Assembly (NCBI GenBank): GCA_910587325.1
Contig: CAJUKB010000001.1
Coordinates: 53,883 to 117,882, forward strand
Reading direction: 5' to 3'
DNA: 64,000 nt
From: an uncultured Bacilli bacterium
GTDB taxonomy: Bacteria > Bacillota_I > Bacilli_A > RF39 > UBA660
Part shown: positions 1 through 8,651 of the stretch, in pieces
Position numbering within the stretch: position 1 is the stretch's first letter
How the letters are laid out: each line of letters starts with the position of its first letter
Notes under the pieces: generated by a model
Seen by the model: only the letters and a program-made list of their open reading frames with translations
What the model was told of the DNA's origin: nothing
The model's database searches: none
Translations under genes and position numbers: made by a program

Positions 1-230
1 CTTACTGCAGTCTTTGTATCATTATCATATGAATACCAAACATTTACATCGAAAGTACCATCAATATTTACTACTCCCCCATTATTTGCTCCATTAAATC
101 TATGATTAATTACCCAACATCCTAAAATAGTGTCAGGTCTTAATTCTGGAGTAATTGTAAATTCATTTGTACTGGTTTTTTTGGCTTTCCCAATGATTGC
201 TTTCGTCACAATTTCTTTAAAATTAGACAT
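1..230 (-). CDS. cotE: outer spore coat protein CotE, N-terminal ~76 codons (gene continues beyond window start)
   Basis: Not in ORF track because it runs off the edge. My translation from ATG at 230-228 gives MSNFKEIVTKAIIGKAKKTSTNEFTITPELRPDTILGCWVINHRFNG...DVNVWYSYDNDTKTAV. This is collinear with the B. subtilis CotE N-terminus as I recall it (MSEYREIITKAVVAKGRK...INVWYSYADNTKTEV). GAGGAGGG RBS at 237-244. Confidence 0.8.
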   Translation of the reverse strand, partial: MSNFKEIVTKAIIGKAKKTSTNEFTITPELRPDTILGCWVINHRFNGANNGGVVNIDGTFDVNVWYSYDNDTKTAV

Positions 231-344
231 TTGTAACCCTCCTCTAATTTAATGTATGCACCTATGAGGGTTTTTGTTCACTAAAAAATTGTATTTTTTC
301 TTTATTTATGGTAAAGTATATACTTAATTTAAGGGGTGTATTTT

Positions 345-1165
345 ATGGAGACAATTTATTTAACAAATGATGAAATCGCACAATATCCACTATTTGTAAA
401 CGATTCGCATACTGCAAATATTTTAGAATATAACGAGAAAGAACTTTTAAAAATATTTAGAGTAATGTCCAAAAATACGATCATTACCTTAGAATGGATA
501 GAAAAATCAGAGATGGAATTTATACTTGTTCCTGAATTATTAATATTCAAAAAATACGTTCATGATGAATTTAGCAAAGTTGGAACTCTTTTAGATAAAG
601 GATATAAAACCACTTTAAGTAAATTATCTTTATCAAATACCTCAATATCTGATTTAATACAAATTTATAAAAATATTGGAAAAGTTTTAGAAACCTTACA
701 ACATTTAAGAGAAAAAGAAAAAATTTTATCTACTTTTTTCATAGTGGATATGCACGAAGGGAATATTTTAGTTGATTTGCCTAGTAAAAAAATTCAATTT
801 ATTGATTTAGATAGTTGTAAAATTGGCGACAATCAAGCCTCTATCGCTAAATATTTGGGAAGTATAGCTCTTCGTAAACCTACATTATCTAAAAAATATC
901 CTTGGAATATAATTTAATACCCAACCACAATACGGACTTATATTGTTATATGGTTATGATTATACAAACTTTTTTTGGTAGAAGCATTACATTTTCAAAA
1001 GTAAATCATGTTTATCAAACCATTCATTATTTAAAAACACAAGAAGAATTACCTGAACCCTTATACCAGGCATTATTAAGATTATACACACCATTGGATA
1101 ATATTAATCCTTATCCTTATTTAGATGATTTAGAAGAAGTGTTAGAAAGAAAGTTAAATAAATAA
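345..1165 (+). pseudogene. protein-kinase-like fold protein (CotS/APH-like), split into two ORFs by a frameshift at an A6 run (891-896)
   Basis: ORFs 336..917 and 902..1165. The first has a D-x4-N catalytic-loop pattern (IVDMHEGNILV) and a metal-binding IDLD. The second continues kinase-like (NHNTDLYCYMVMIIQTFFG). Frame 2 is open from 893. One extra A in the run would fuse them. AAGGGG RBS before ATG 345. Confidence 0.5.
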
Positions 1166-1203
1166 TTTTTGTGTTATTATATAGTTAGGAGATGATTTTA
1201 ATT

Positions 1204-1560
1204 ATGGATTGTTTATTTTGTAAAATAGTAAAGGGAGAAATACCTTCTTATAAGATATATGAAGATGAAGTCGTCATTGCTTTTTTAGATATTCATCCTA
1301 AAAGTAATGGACATACGCTTATTATTCCTAAAAAACATTTTGTGGATTTTACAGAACTTGATAGTGAAACTATACTTCATATTAATATGGTAACCAAAAA
1401 CATAACCACTCTTTTAGAAGAAAAACTTGGGGCTACAGGATTTTGTATCAATACCAATTACTTAGATACACAAGAAGTTAAGCACTTTCATTTGCATATA
1501 GTTCCAAGTAGTAAAGAAAAAATAAAAAACGTAGAAGAAATTTATAACAAACTAAAATAG
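1204..1560 (+). CDS. HIT-family (histidine triad) nucleotide hydrolase
   Basis: HFHLHIVP histidine-triad motif near the C-terminus. CLFCKIVKGEIPS is a typical HIT N-terminus. The ORF opens at 1192, but AGGAG at 1187-1191 favours ATG 1204. Confidence 0.85.
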   Translation: MDCLFCKIVKGEIPSYKIYEDEVVIAFLDIHPKSNGHTLIIPKKHFVDFTELDSETILHINMVTKNITTLLEEKLGATGFCINTNYLDTQEVKHFHLHIVPSSKEKIKNVEEIYNKLK

Positions 1561-1583
1561 TAACCGAAAAAGTTACTGTTTTT
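1559..1583. terminator. hairpin plus T-run between convergent genes
   Basis: AGTAAC (1559-1564) pairs with GTTACT (1572-1577), followed by a T-run at 1579-1583. Confidence 0.5.
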
Positions 1584-1590
1584 ATATCTA

Positions 1591-2238
1591 CTAAAAACAA
1601 TTTTTCACTAAATTTATTTGTTGTAAATTGAAATACCATATTATAATACTAACCAAGAATAAAATAATAATATTTAATGTATATCCTTCTAAAAAATAGG
1701 CTATATTGATAATTCCTAGCAAAAGAATATATGTACAAGAAAATTTCCTGTTTTTATTTATGATATAGCAAAAAAATAATAGAAAACTACACAAAGTATA
1801 AACAATATCATTTATACATAATCCTAATGAAAAATCAAATCTATTTTCAATTACCAAATGAATCCAAATACTCATCAAAGCAATAAAAATTCTATATAGG
1901 AATAAAACAAAAAATACGGAAACTGTTTTTTCTAAAAACCATTTTTTTTCAGAAATTCTAGAAAAAATATTAGTTTTAGAATAAAGAAGTTCTTTGGAAA
2001 TTAAAAATGAAATTAAATATAAAGAAAAAAATATATAAAATAATTTTAATAGGATAATTAAAAAAGAAAAATCTTGAAAGTTACAATTTCCATACATCAT
2101 ATCGAAAAGAAAATAATTTCCGTTCTTATACATTACCCCTATCCAAAACAATAAAACAATTTCTAAAATTAAAAAAGTTATCAAAATTTTAGATTTGCTT
2201 TTTAAATCATACAAAGTTTTTAATAAAAAATATTTCAT
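1591..2238 (-). CDS. polytopic membrane protein (last gene of ABC-type cluster)
   Basis: 215-aa ORF dominated by hydrophobic segments. Its start abuts the stop of the upstream membrane gene at 2238. Confidence 0.6.
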   Translation of the reverse strand: MKYFLLKTLYDLKSKSKILITFLILEIVLLFWIGVMYKNGNYFLFDMMYGNCNFQDFSFLIILLKLFYIFFSLYLISFLISKELLYSKTNIFSRISEKKWFLEKTVSVFFVLFLYRIFIALMSIWIHLVIENRFDFSLGLCINDIVYTLCSFLLFFCYIINKNRKFSCTYILLLGIINIAYFLEGYTLNIIILFLVSIIIWYFNLQQINLVKNCF

Positions 2239-2981
2239 TATCCTATATCCCTCTTTACATAGTTTATTATTTGAAATAACACTAAATCAATTATCATTAT
2301 AATGATTATGGTTAGTAATGAAAATTGAATGTCCAATGTTATATTTTCAAATCGTGGTGCAAGAAGATAATAACCAAAAAACATTTTGAAATGTGTGACT
2401 ATTTCTAAAGATATAGGAGAAATTACTAAAGATAAAGAGAGTATGATAGAAATTAAAAAAGAAAAAAAAGAATTTAAAAATTTCCAACAATAAAAAATGA
2501 GTAATGATAATAATGATGAGATAATTATGAATCGAATAAAATGATAAATGGTATAAAATAAAATATTTACTCCATTAATGGTATTGCCAACTGAAAAGTC
2601 CCCTGCATACTTAAAAAAAAGAAATATACAAGTTATCATAAAAGACATTAAAATTACAATAGTATTTGTAATAATAATTATTTTTGATATTTCTTTTAAA
2701 TATTCTTTTTTTGTTTTGTTACGTATTATGATAGAATAATTTTTTTTATATAACTCACATATATTTAATGTATTTACAAATAAGCAAAAAAGTAGTATTG
2801 CGATTACCCATTGATTATTATAAATCATATATAATCCATAAAAAAAACCAGTTCTTATTGCAATATCAAAAACTCCATAAATACTCAATATAACCAATAT
2901 TAAAAATATCGCTTTAAATTTATAACTATTTAAGCTATTAGCAATAAAATGGAATTTATTCTCTAATTTTCTTTTCATCAT
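2238..2981 (-). CDS. polytopic membrane protein, putative permease partner of the ABC ATPase
   Basis: ORF 2238..3062 overlaps the ATPase 3' end. I prefer the internal start MMKRKLENK at 2981. Multiple hydrophobic helices. Confidence 0.6.
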   Translation of the reverse strand: MMKRKLENKFHFIANSLNSYKFKAIFLILVILSIYGVFDIAIRTGFFYGLYMIYNNQWVIAILLFCLFVNTLNICELYKKNYSIIIRNKTKKEYLKEISKIIIITNTIVILMSFMITCIFLFFKYAGDFSVGNTINGVNILFYTIYHFIRFIIISSLLSLLIFYCWKFLNSFFSFLISIILSLSLVISPISLEIVTHFKMFFGYYLLAPRFENITLDIQFSLLTIIIIMIIDLVLFQIINYVKRDIG

Positions 2982-3609
2982 ATTTCTCCAATTTACCATT
3001 TTCAAATTTATATACTTCATCACATAAATACTGGATGTCTTCTTTAATATGAGAAGCAACAATAATTAATTTTCCTTTTTTCTTTTCTTCTCTTAAATAA
3101 TCCCTAAATTTTTTAGCTGTTTCATCTTCTATTCCATTTAAGGGCTCATCAAATAATAAAACTTGGGGATTTTCCATAATTACTTGCGCTAAACCAAGTT
3201 TTTGTTTCATTCCTAATGAATATTTACCATATTTCTTATTTTTCGCTTCTAGGATATTTACAATTTGCATGGCTTTCATAATATCCTCATCTATAATTTT
3301 ATTTTGGATACTCGCTAGTAATTTTAAATTTTCAAATCCTGTTAATTCGGGAATAAAATCAGGACTTTCTATTAATGCTCTTACACTTGGAGGAAAACTT
3401 TTTTCGGCATTAAAATCTTTGTTATCATAAAATATTTTTCCTTCTGTTGGAAAATAAAAACCACATAATAACTTTAAAAATACACTTTTCCCTGATCCAT
3501 TTTGGCCAATTAAACCATAAACTTTTCCACTTTCAAATATAATATTAACATTATGAATAATATCTTTTCCATTAAAACTTTTTGATAAATTTTTCACTTC
3601 TATTTTCAT
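2956..3609 (-). CDS. ABC transporter ATP-binding protein
   Basis: Walker A GQNGSGKS, ABC signature-like YSLGMKQKLGLA, Walker B VLLFDEP. Confidence 0.9.
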   Translation of the reverse strand: MKIEVKNLSKSFNGKDIIHNVNIIFESGKVYGLIGQNGSGKSVFLKLLCGFYFPTEGKIFYDNKDFNAEKSFPPSVRALIESPDFIPELTGFENLKLLASIQNKIIDEDIMKAMQIVNILEAKNKKYGKYSLGMKQKLGLAQVIMENPQVLLFDEPLNGIEDETAKKFRDYLREEKKKGKLIIVASHIKEDIQYLCDEVYKFENGKLEKYDEKKIRE

Positions 3610-3612
3610 TTT

Positions 3613-4512
3613 TTACACCTCTTTAATCATTTCACAATCTATAATTGTTTTTTCCTTATTGTTATAACAGAAAAATACTATTAAAGTAGACAGGAACGCA
3701 CACATAAACCCCACTATTAAATATGGAAAAATGCCAAACACATATTTATAAGAATAAATATCATATATATTTAATAAATATTGTATTTCGATATGTAAAA
3801 TTTTATAAAAAAATGTTGTTATTATTACTTCATTAACTATTTCAATTCCTATAAATGTTAAATAAGCTTCTATAATTGCTACCACAATACTCTTGTTTTT
3901 CTTTACGTAAATTAAGCCAAGATTTGCATAAAAAATGCTAAAAAATAGTAAATTTAAAATAAAACTAATAAAAAATAAACCAAAATGGGATAAGTATTGC
4001 TCATCAAATGTAGAATAAGAATGTTCTAAAGCATAAAAATAATTAAAATTTCCTTTAGCTAAAAAACAAGATATAACAAAAACTATAATCATTACAACTG
4101 GCAAAATCCACACACACTTATATGCACTTTTCAATACATGCTTTAAATAATTTTTATAATTATCTCGTAAAGAATAATTTTTTATAAAAGAGTTTTTCAT
4201 TTCTTTAGACAAGCACCATATTGCCGGAATAAGTATAAAAAGTGGCCCAAATTCACACAATATACGTAAAGGTCCATCGACTACGATAGAAAAGAAAATA
4301 GTATATGTATCGAGTTTAGGAACTTCTAATTGTAAAATAGCATCACAATTGGATTTTGATTCCATATTTTGTCGACAATTTTCTTTTAAGTTTTCATAAT
4401 ATACTACCATTTTTTTATTATTGATACTATATTGTAAACAACTAAATAACGTAAGAGATACAACTATTAAAAACGAAATAACAATTGCTTTATTTTTTAA
4501 TACCTTTTTCAT
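3613..4512 (-). CDS. polytopic membrane protein
   Basis: ORF 3613..4518. ATG 4512 is preceded by GGAG. Several hydrophobic helices. Its stop lies 4 nt from the ATPase start. Confidence 0.6.
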   Translation of the reverse strand: MKKVLKNKAIVISFLIVVSLTLFSCLQYSINNKKMVVYYENLKENCRQNMESKSNCDAILQLEVPKLDTYTIFFSIVVDGPLRILCEFGPLFILIPAIWCLSKEMKNSFIKNYSLRDNYKNYLKHVLKSAYKCVWILPVVMIIVFVISCFLAKGNFNYFYALEHSYSTFDEQYLSHFGLFFISFILNLLFFSIFYANLGLIYVKKNKSIVVAIIEAYLTFIGIEIVNEVIITTFFYKILHIEIQYLLNIYDIYSYKYVFGIFPYLIVGFMCAFLSTLIVFFCYNNKEKTIIDCEMIKEV

Positions 4513-4556
4513 AACCACTCCTAAGCAAAAAAAGTAAAGAGAATATAGAATATATA

Positions 4557-4976
4557 TTATTTAAGTCGATCATCTATATACCAACCGCCAGAATGACTAG
4601 CAGTTGATATTGCAGATTTTTCTCTACGTAAAAGTAATGTATAGGTATCTCCTGCAAACATATTTACAGAATCACCCCAAGTTTTTGTTTCATTTTTTGA
4701 AACAGTAATATAGCTAGAATATATATTATCGCTACTTTTTGTTCTAGCTTTAATATTAACAGTTGCTGAAGTAAGATTATCTACTGCTCCTCCGCTATAA
4801 TAATACTGATAACTTTCACGTTCTTTATCATGAGTATAAGCAGCTACTTCATTGCCCCATGTAGGTAGAGTTATACCTACAATTGACTGATAACCATTAT
4901 TATAAGCAAAAGATGTTAATGCAGAAAACATACAAGAGATTGCAAATGCTAAAATAGTATATTTTAAATATTTCAT
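4557..4976 (-). CDS. small secreted protein (signal peptide, Cys-free, beta-rich mature part), function unknown
   Basis: ORF 4557..5000. ATG 4976 with GGAGTG RBS. MKYLKYTILAFAISCMFSALTSFA is a signal-peptide-like N-terminus. First gene of the co-directional cluster. Confidence 0.6.
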   Translation of the reverse strand: MKYLKYTILAFAISCMFSALTSFAYNNGYQSIVGITLPTWGNEVAAYTHDKERESYQYYYSGGAVDNLTSATVNIKARTKSSDNIYSSYITVSKNETKTWGDSVNMFAGDTYTLLLRREKSAISTASHSGGWYIDDRLK

Positions 4977-5198
4977 AAATTTCACTCCTTTTAGTTTCAT
5001 ATATTCTCTTTACTGATTTAAATATAGCAGCAAATATTAAATTATTAATAAAAATTTGAATAAAACTTCTTATAATTATATTTAAATATAAAATTCAATA
5101 AAATATTCAATTCAATATTTAATTTTAGAACATTTTTTAATTGTTTAAAACAATCACTTATTTAATTAATTATTTTTAACTTTGAAGATTAAATTTTT

Positions 5199-6977
5199 TT
5201 ATTCTTCAAACCAAATATTTTCTAAATTCACATTCGTACTTTTTGGAAGTGGATTTGGTAAATTTAATCTAGTAAGTAATGGAACACGAAAGGCACTTCC
5301 AAAGGCTAAAGCAGTTCCAGGTCTTAAGGTTTTTAATTTTTCTATTTCGGTGTTTGTTAAATTACTAGACATGGATACGACAATTTTTAAGTCTTCTGGA
5401 TGGAATATGCGATAGATTAAGAAATTGGAACATTGGGATAAACAAGTTGTAGATAACTCACTTGGTCTTTGCGTAACAAAACAAAGAATTAATCCATATT
5501 TTCTTCCTTCTTTGGTAATTCGATCAAATATATTGTATCCAATTACATCAATATCATTATCATTTTGGACGTAACGATGGGCTTCTTCTAAAATAACATG
5601 AATGGGAAAACTTGCTCTATTTGATAAAGAAGTTGCAAAATTAAAGAATAATTTCATATAAAGTTTTGTTAAAACTTTTGCAAAACGTTCCTCTACATAA
5701 TTAAAGTTCATATTGAGAAGTTGTGCATATTCGTTATTTGCTGTTAAGAACATACTTTTGACAAATTGTTCTTTTTCTATGTAACTTTTATTATATTCAA
5801 AATATTTACGCTCTGAACTATTTAAAATAGAGTGCATACGTACTCTTAGTTCATTTGCTTTTTCATAAAGACTCGCATTATTAAGCATACCTTCACTCAT
5901 TAAAGCAAACTCTAAAGCATTATATAAATCTTCTAAATCATAAACTAAACCAGCACGATTTACTTCAAATGTTTCTGTAGTTATAAAACCATTTAAAAAT
6001 TCTATGATAAATTGTAAAGCTCCCATTTTACCATTGGCATCAATATTTAAACATTGTTTTAGTGTTCTCGTATACCCTGGCTGTACAATTGGACTTTCTA
6101 AATTCAGTTCAGATGTATTGAATTTATTTAGGGTAGAAATGATTTGATCACTTAACTCTATAGAAGATTTTCCACTTCCAATTATATCTAATAAACTTTT
6201 CGCAATAATAGAATTTTTGTATTTGGTTGCATTTTCCCCTGCCCCTTTAAAAATAGCCACATACTGTAAAGTTTTTTCTAAAATGGGCAGTAAAGTGTGA
6301 TTGTTTACATTTAATAGAAGTGCTAAATCATCTACTTCTAAAAAATAAGCTGGTATACTTACAAGTTCCGTTGTTGCTTCCTCTACATCCGTTCTTGTTG
6401 TGTAGTATTTGACATTGATACCATTTAATTCATTTATTTTGGTTAATGAAGAATGGTATTCTCCATAGACATCAAATACTACCATATGAGCGTTTTTAGG
6501 CATCCTTTTGTTGTAATAAAATAAGTTTTGAATGAGACTTGCTACACCACATGATTTTCCACATCCAGAGTTACCAATAATCGCCATATGTTGTGTAAGA
6601 ATTTCATTAATTTTCGCTGTTACATGAAAACCTTCATACAAAGAAGAAGCACCAATTAAAAGTGTATCTTCACGATTATAATCTTGGGAGCCAATTATGT
6701 TTTCAAGTTCATTTTTGTATACAATACGACATTTACTTTTCATACCAGGATATTTCACGACTCCTGAAATAAAAGTATCTTCTCTTATTTCTCCCATTAA
6801 TAAAATTCGAATAATTTGCTCGTTCATTCCAAGGACTTGTCCTACTATTTTAGAAGATGTTCCTTCTTCATCACTTTCAAATATTACATGAAAATTAATC
6901 ACGTTTGATTGGATAGATTTTGTCAAATTTTCAATTTCCACTATTTTGTCTTCTATTTTTATAATTTTACCAAACAT
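5199..6977 (-). CDS. HerA/DUF87-like P-loop ATPase (FtsK-HerA superfamily)
   Basis: Barrel-like N-terminus (GKIIKIEDKIVEIENL...VGQVLGM). Walker A GNSGCGKS. ILEEAHRYV and CFVTQRPSELS motifs are typical of HerA-type ATPases, from memory. Confidence 0.7.
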   Translation of the reverse strand: MFGKIIKIEDKIVEIENLTKSIQSNVINFHVIFESDEEGTSSKIVGQVLGMNEQIIRILLMGEIREDTFISGVVKYPGMKSKCRIVYKNELENIIGSQDYNREDTLLIGASSLYEGFHVTAKINEILTQHMAIIGNSGCGKSCGVASLIQNLFYYNKRMPKNAHMVVFDVYGEYHSSLTKINELNGINVKYYTTRTDVEEATTELVSIPAYFLEVDDLALLLNVNNHTLLPILEKTLQYVAIFKGAGENATKYKNSIIAKSLLDIIGSGKSSIELSDQIISTLNKFNTSELNLESPIVQPGYTRTLKQCLNIDANGKMGALQFIIEFLNGFITTETFEVNRAGLVYDLEDLYNALEFALMSEGMLNNASLYEKANELRVRMHSILNSSERKYFEYNKSYIEKEQFVKSMFLTANNEYAQLLNMNFNYVEERFAKVLTKLYMKLFFNFATSLSNRASFPIHVILEEAHRYVQNDNDIDVIGYNIFDRITKEGRKYGLILCFVTQRPSELSTTCLSQCSNFLIYRIFHPEDLKIVVSMSSNLTNTEIEKLKTLRPGTALAFGSAFRVPLLTRLNLPNPLPKSTNVNLENIWFEE

Positions 6978-7029
6978 AGTCTCACCCTATTCTTTTATAA
7001 TGATAACATAGTTTTTTTAAAAATAAAAG

Positions 7030-7058
7030 TTGTGATTTTTTAAGATTTTGCTTATAAT
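7030..7058 (+). promoter_or_regulatory. sigma-A-type promoter for the GH3 gene
   Basis: TTGTGA (7030-7035), 17-nt spacer, TATAAT (7053-7058), 45 nt upstream of ATG 7104. Confidence 0.45.
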
Positions 7059-7103
7059 TTTTTTAACTATTACATACGCTTTATTATAGAAGGATTTGAT
7101 GAT

Positions 7104-8471
7104 ATGAATAAAAAGATAATCGGTATTTTACTACTTTGCTTTGTAGGAATTACAAGTATATTTTTAGTATTACATAAAAGTACCAAGGAAGAAAAAACAG
7201 ATGTAAATGAACTAAAAGCTAGTGTACTATCCGTTAATCAAGAGCAAGTAACGGTTACGGATAAAAATCAAGGTATCTATACATTCAGTATAAAAGATTT
7301 GAAAGCAAGTGTTGGAGACTCCATTGTCATTCGTTATGCAGGAGTTATCGACAAAGAAAAAGAATTACAAGAAAATGCTGTCATAGAGTATTCTACTCTT
7401 ACGTTAACAGATGATGAGTTACTTCCAACGGAATGGTTAGAAGAAGGATTGTTTCAAGATTACTACAAATTAGCTTATAAAAAATTAAAAACACTTTCTT
7501 TAGATGAAAAGATTGGACAATTGTTACTTGTGCGTTTCAACGAAAATACGGCGATTAAAGATTTAAATACATACCATTTTGGAGGATTTGTTTTCTTTGA
7601 AAAAGACTTTAAAAACAAAACAAGTGATTCTGTAAAAAGTATGATTAATAGTTTACAAAAAAATGCCACTGTTCCTCTTTTGACTGCTGTAGATGAGGAA
7701 GGCGGAAAAATCGTACGTGTAAGTAGTAATCCAAACTTAGTTTCTACTCCTTTTAAAGCTTCTAAAGAATTATATCAAGAAGGTGGATTTCCTAAAATTG
7801 CTAGTGACACTAAAGAAAAAAGTAATATTTTATATAAATTAGGTTTAAATTTAAATTTAGCTCCCGTTGTGGACGTTTCAACAAATTCAAGTGACTATAT
7901 GTATGAAAGAAGTTTTGGGCAGGATACCACTCTTACCTCTACTTACGCGAAAACTGTGATTGAAGCAAGCAAAGGAACCGGCGTTTCTTATACTTTAAAA
8001 CATTTCCCGGGATACGGGAATAATGCGGATACACATGTAGGAAGCGCAACTGATAATCGAACATATGATAGTATTTTAAATAATGATATTCCACCATTTG
8101 ATGCAGGAATTCATGCCGGTGCAGAAGCAGTATTAGTTAGTCATAACATTGTTACAAGTATAGATAATACAAATCCTGCTTCTTTATCTCCAAGTGTTCA
8201 TAATATTTTAAGAAATCGGTTGAATTTTAGTGGAATTATCATTACAGATGACTTAGCTATGGGTGCCACATCTAGTATTCAAAATTCTACTGTAAGGGCA
8301 TTACTTGCCGGAAATGATTTAATTATCACAACCGACTATGCCCAAAGTTTTTCAGAATTGAAAAGTGCCTTGAATGATGATACGATTTCAGAAGATTTAG
8401 TCAATCGCGTAGCACTTCGAGTACTTGCTTGGAAATATTACAAAGGTTTAATTTTTGAGAACGAAAAATAG
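7104..8471 (+). CDS. membrane-anchored glycoside hydrolase family 3 protein (beta-N-acetylhexosaminidase-like, NagZ/YbbD type)
   Basis: N-terminal hydrophobic anchor. KHFPGYG (compare KHFPGHG of NagZ) and ITDDLAMGA motifs. Confidence 0.8.
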   Translation: MNKKIIGILLLCFVGITSIFLVLHKSTKEEKTDVNELKASVLSVNQEQVTVTDKNQGIYTFSIKDLKASVGDSIVIRYAGVIDKEKELQENAVIEYSTLTLTDDELLPTEWLEEGLFQDYYKLAYKKLKTLSLDEKIGQLLLVRFNENTAIKDLNTYHFGGFVFFEKDFKNKTSDSVKSMINSLQKNATVPLLTAVDEEGGKIVRVSSNPNLVSTPFKASKELYQEGGFPKIASDTKEKSNILYKLGLNLNLAPVVDVSTNSSDYMYERSFGQDTTLTSTYAKTVIEASKGTGVSYTLKHFPGYGNNADTHVGSATDNRTYDSILNNDIPPFDAGIHAGAEAVLVSHNIVTSIDNTNPASLSPSVHNILRNRLNFSGIIITDDLAMGATSSIQNSTVRALLAGNDLIITTDYAQSFSELKSALNDDTISEDLVNRVALRVLAWKYYKGLIFENEK

Positions 8472-8497
8472 AAATATCGTTTTGGTATTTCTTTTTT
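8471..8497 (+). terminator. rho-independent terminator after the GH3 gene
   Basis: GAAATA (8471-8476) pairs with TATTTC (8486-8491), then T6. Confidence 0.5.
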
Positions 8498-8651
8498 CAC
8501 TTAAAAAGTTATTTTGTCATATAAGTTTCTAAATAACTTTTTCTAGATTGTTCCAAAATTTGCAAATTTAAGTTTCTTTTCTTTTATAATATCCTCCTAT
8601 TATTACTATTAATATAAAATAATTCTAACTTATTTACGAATATCTATATTT

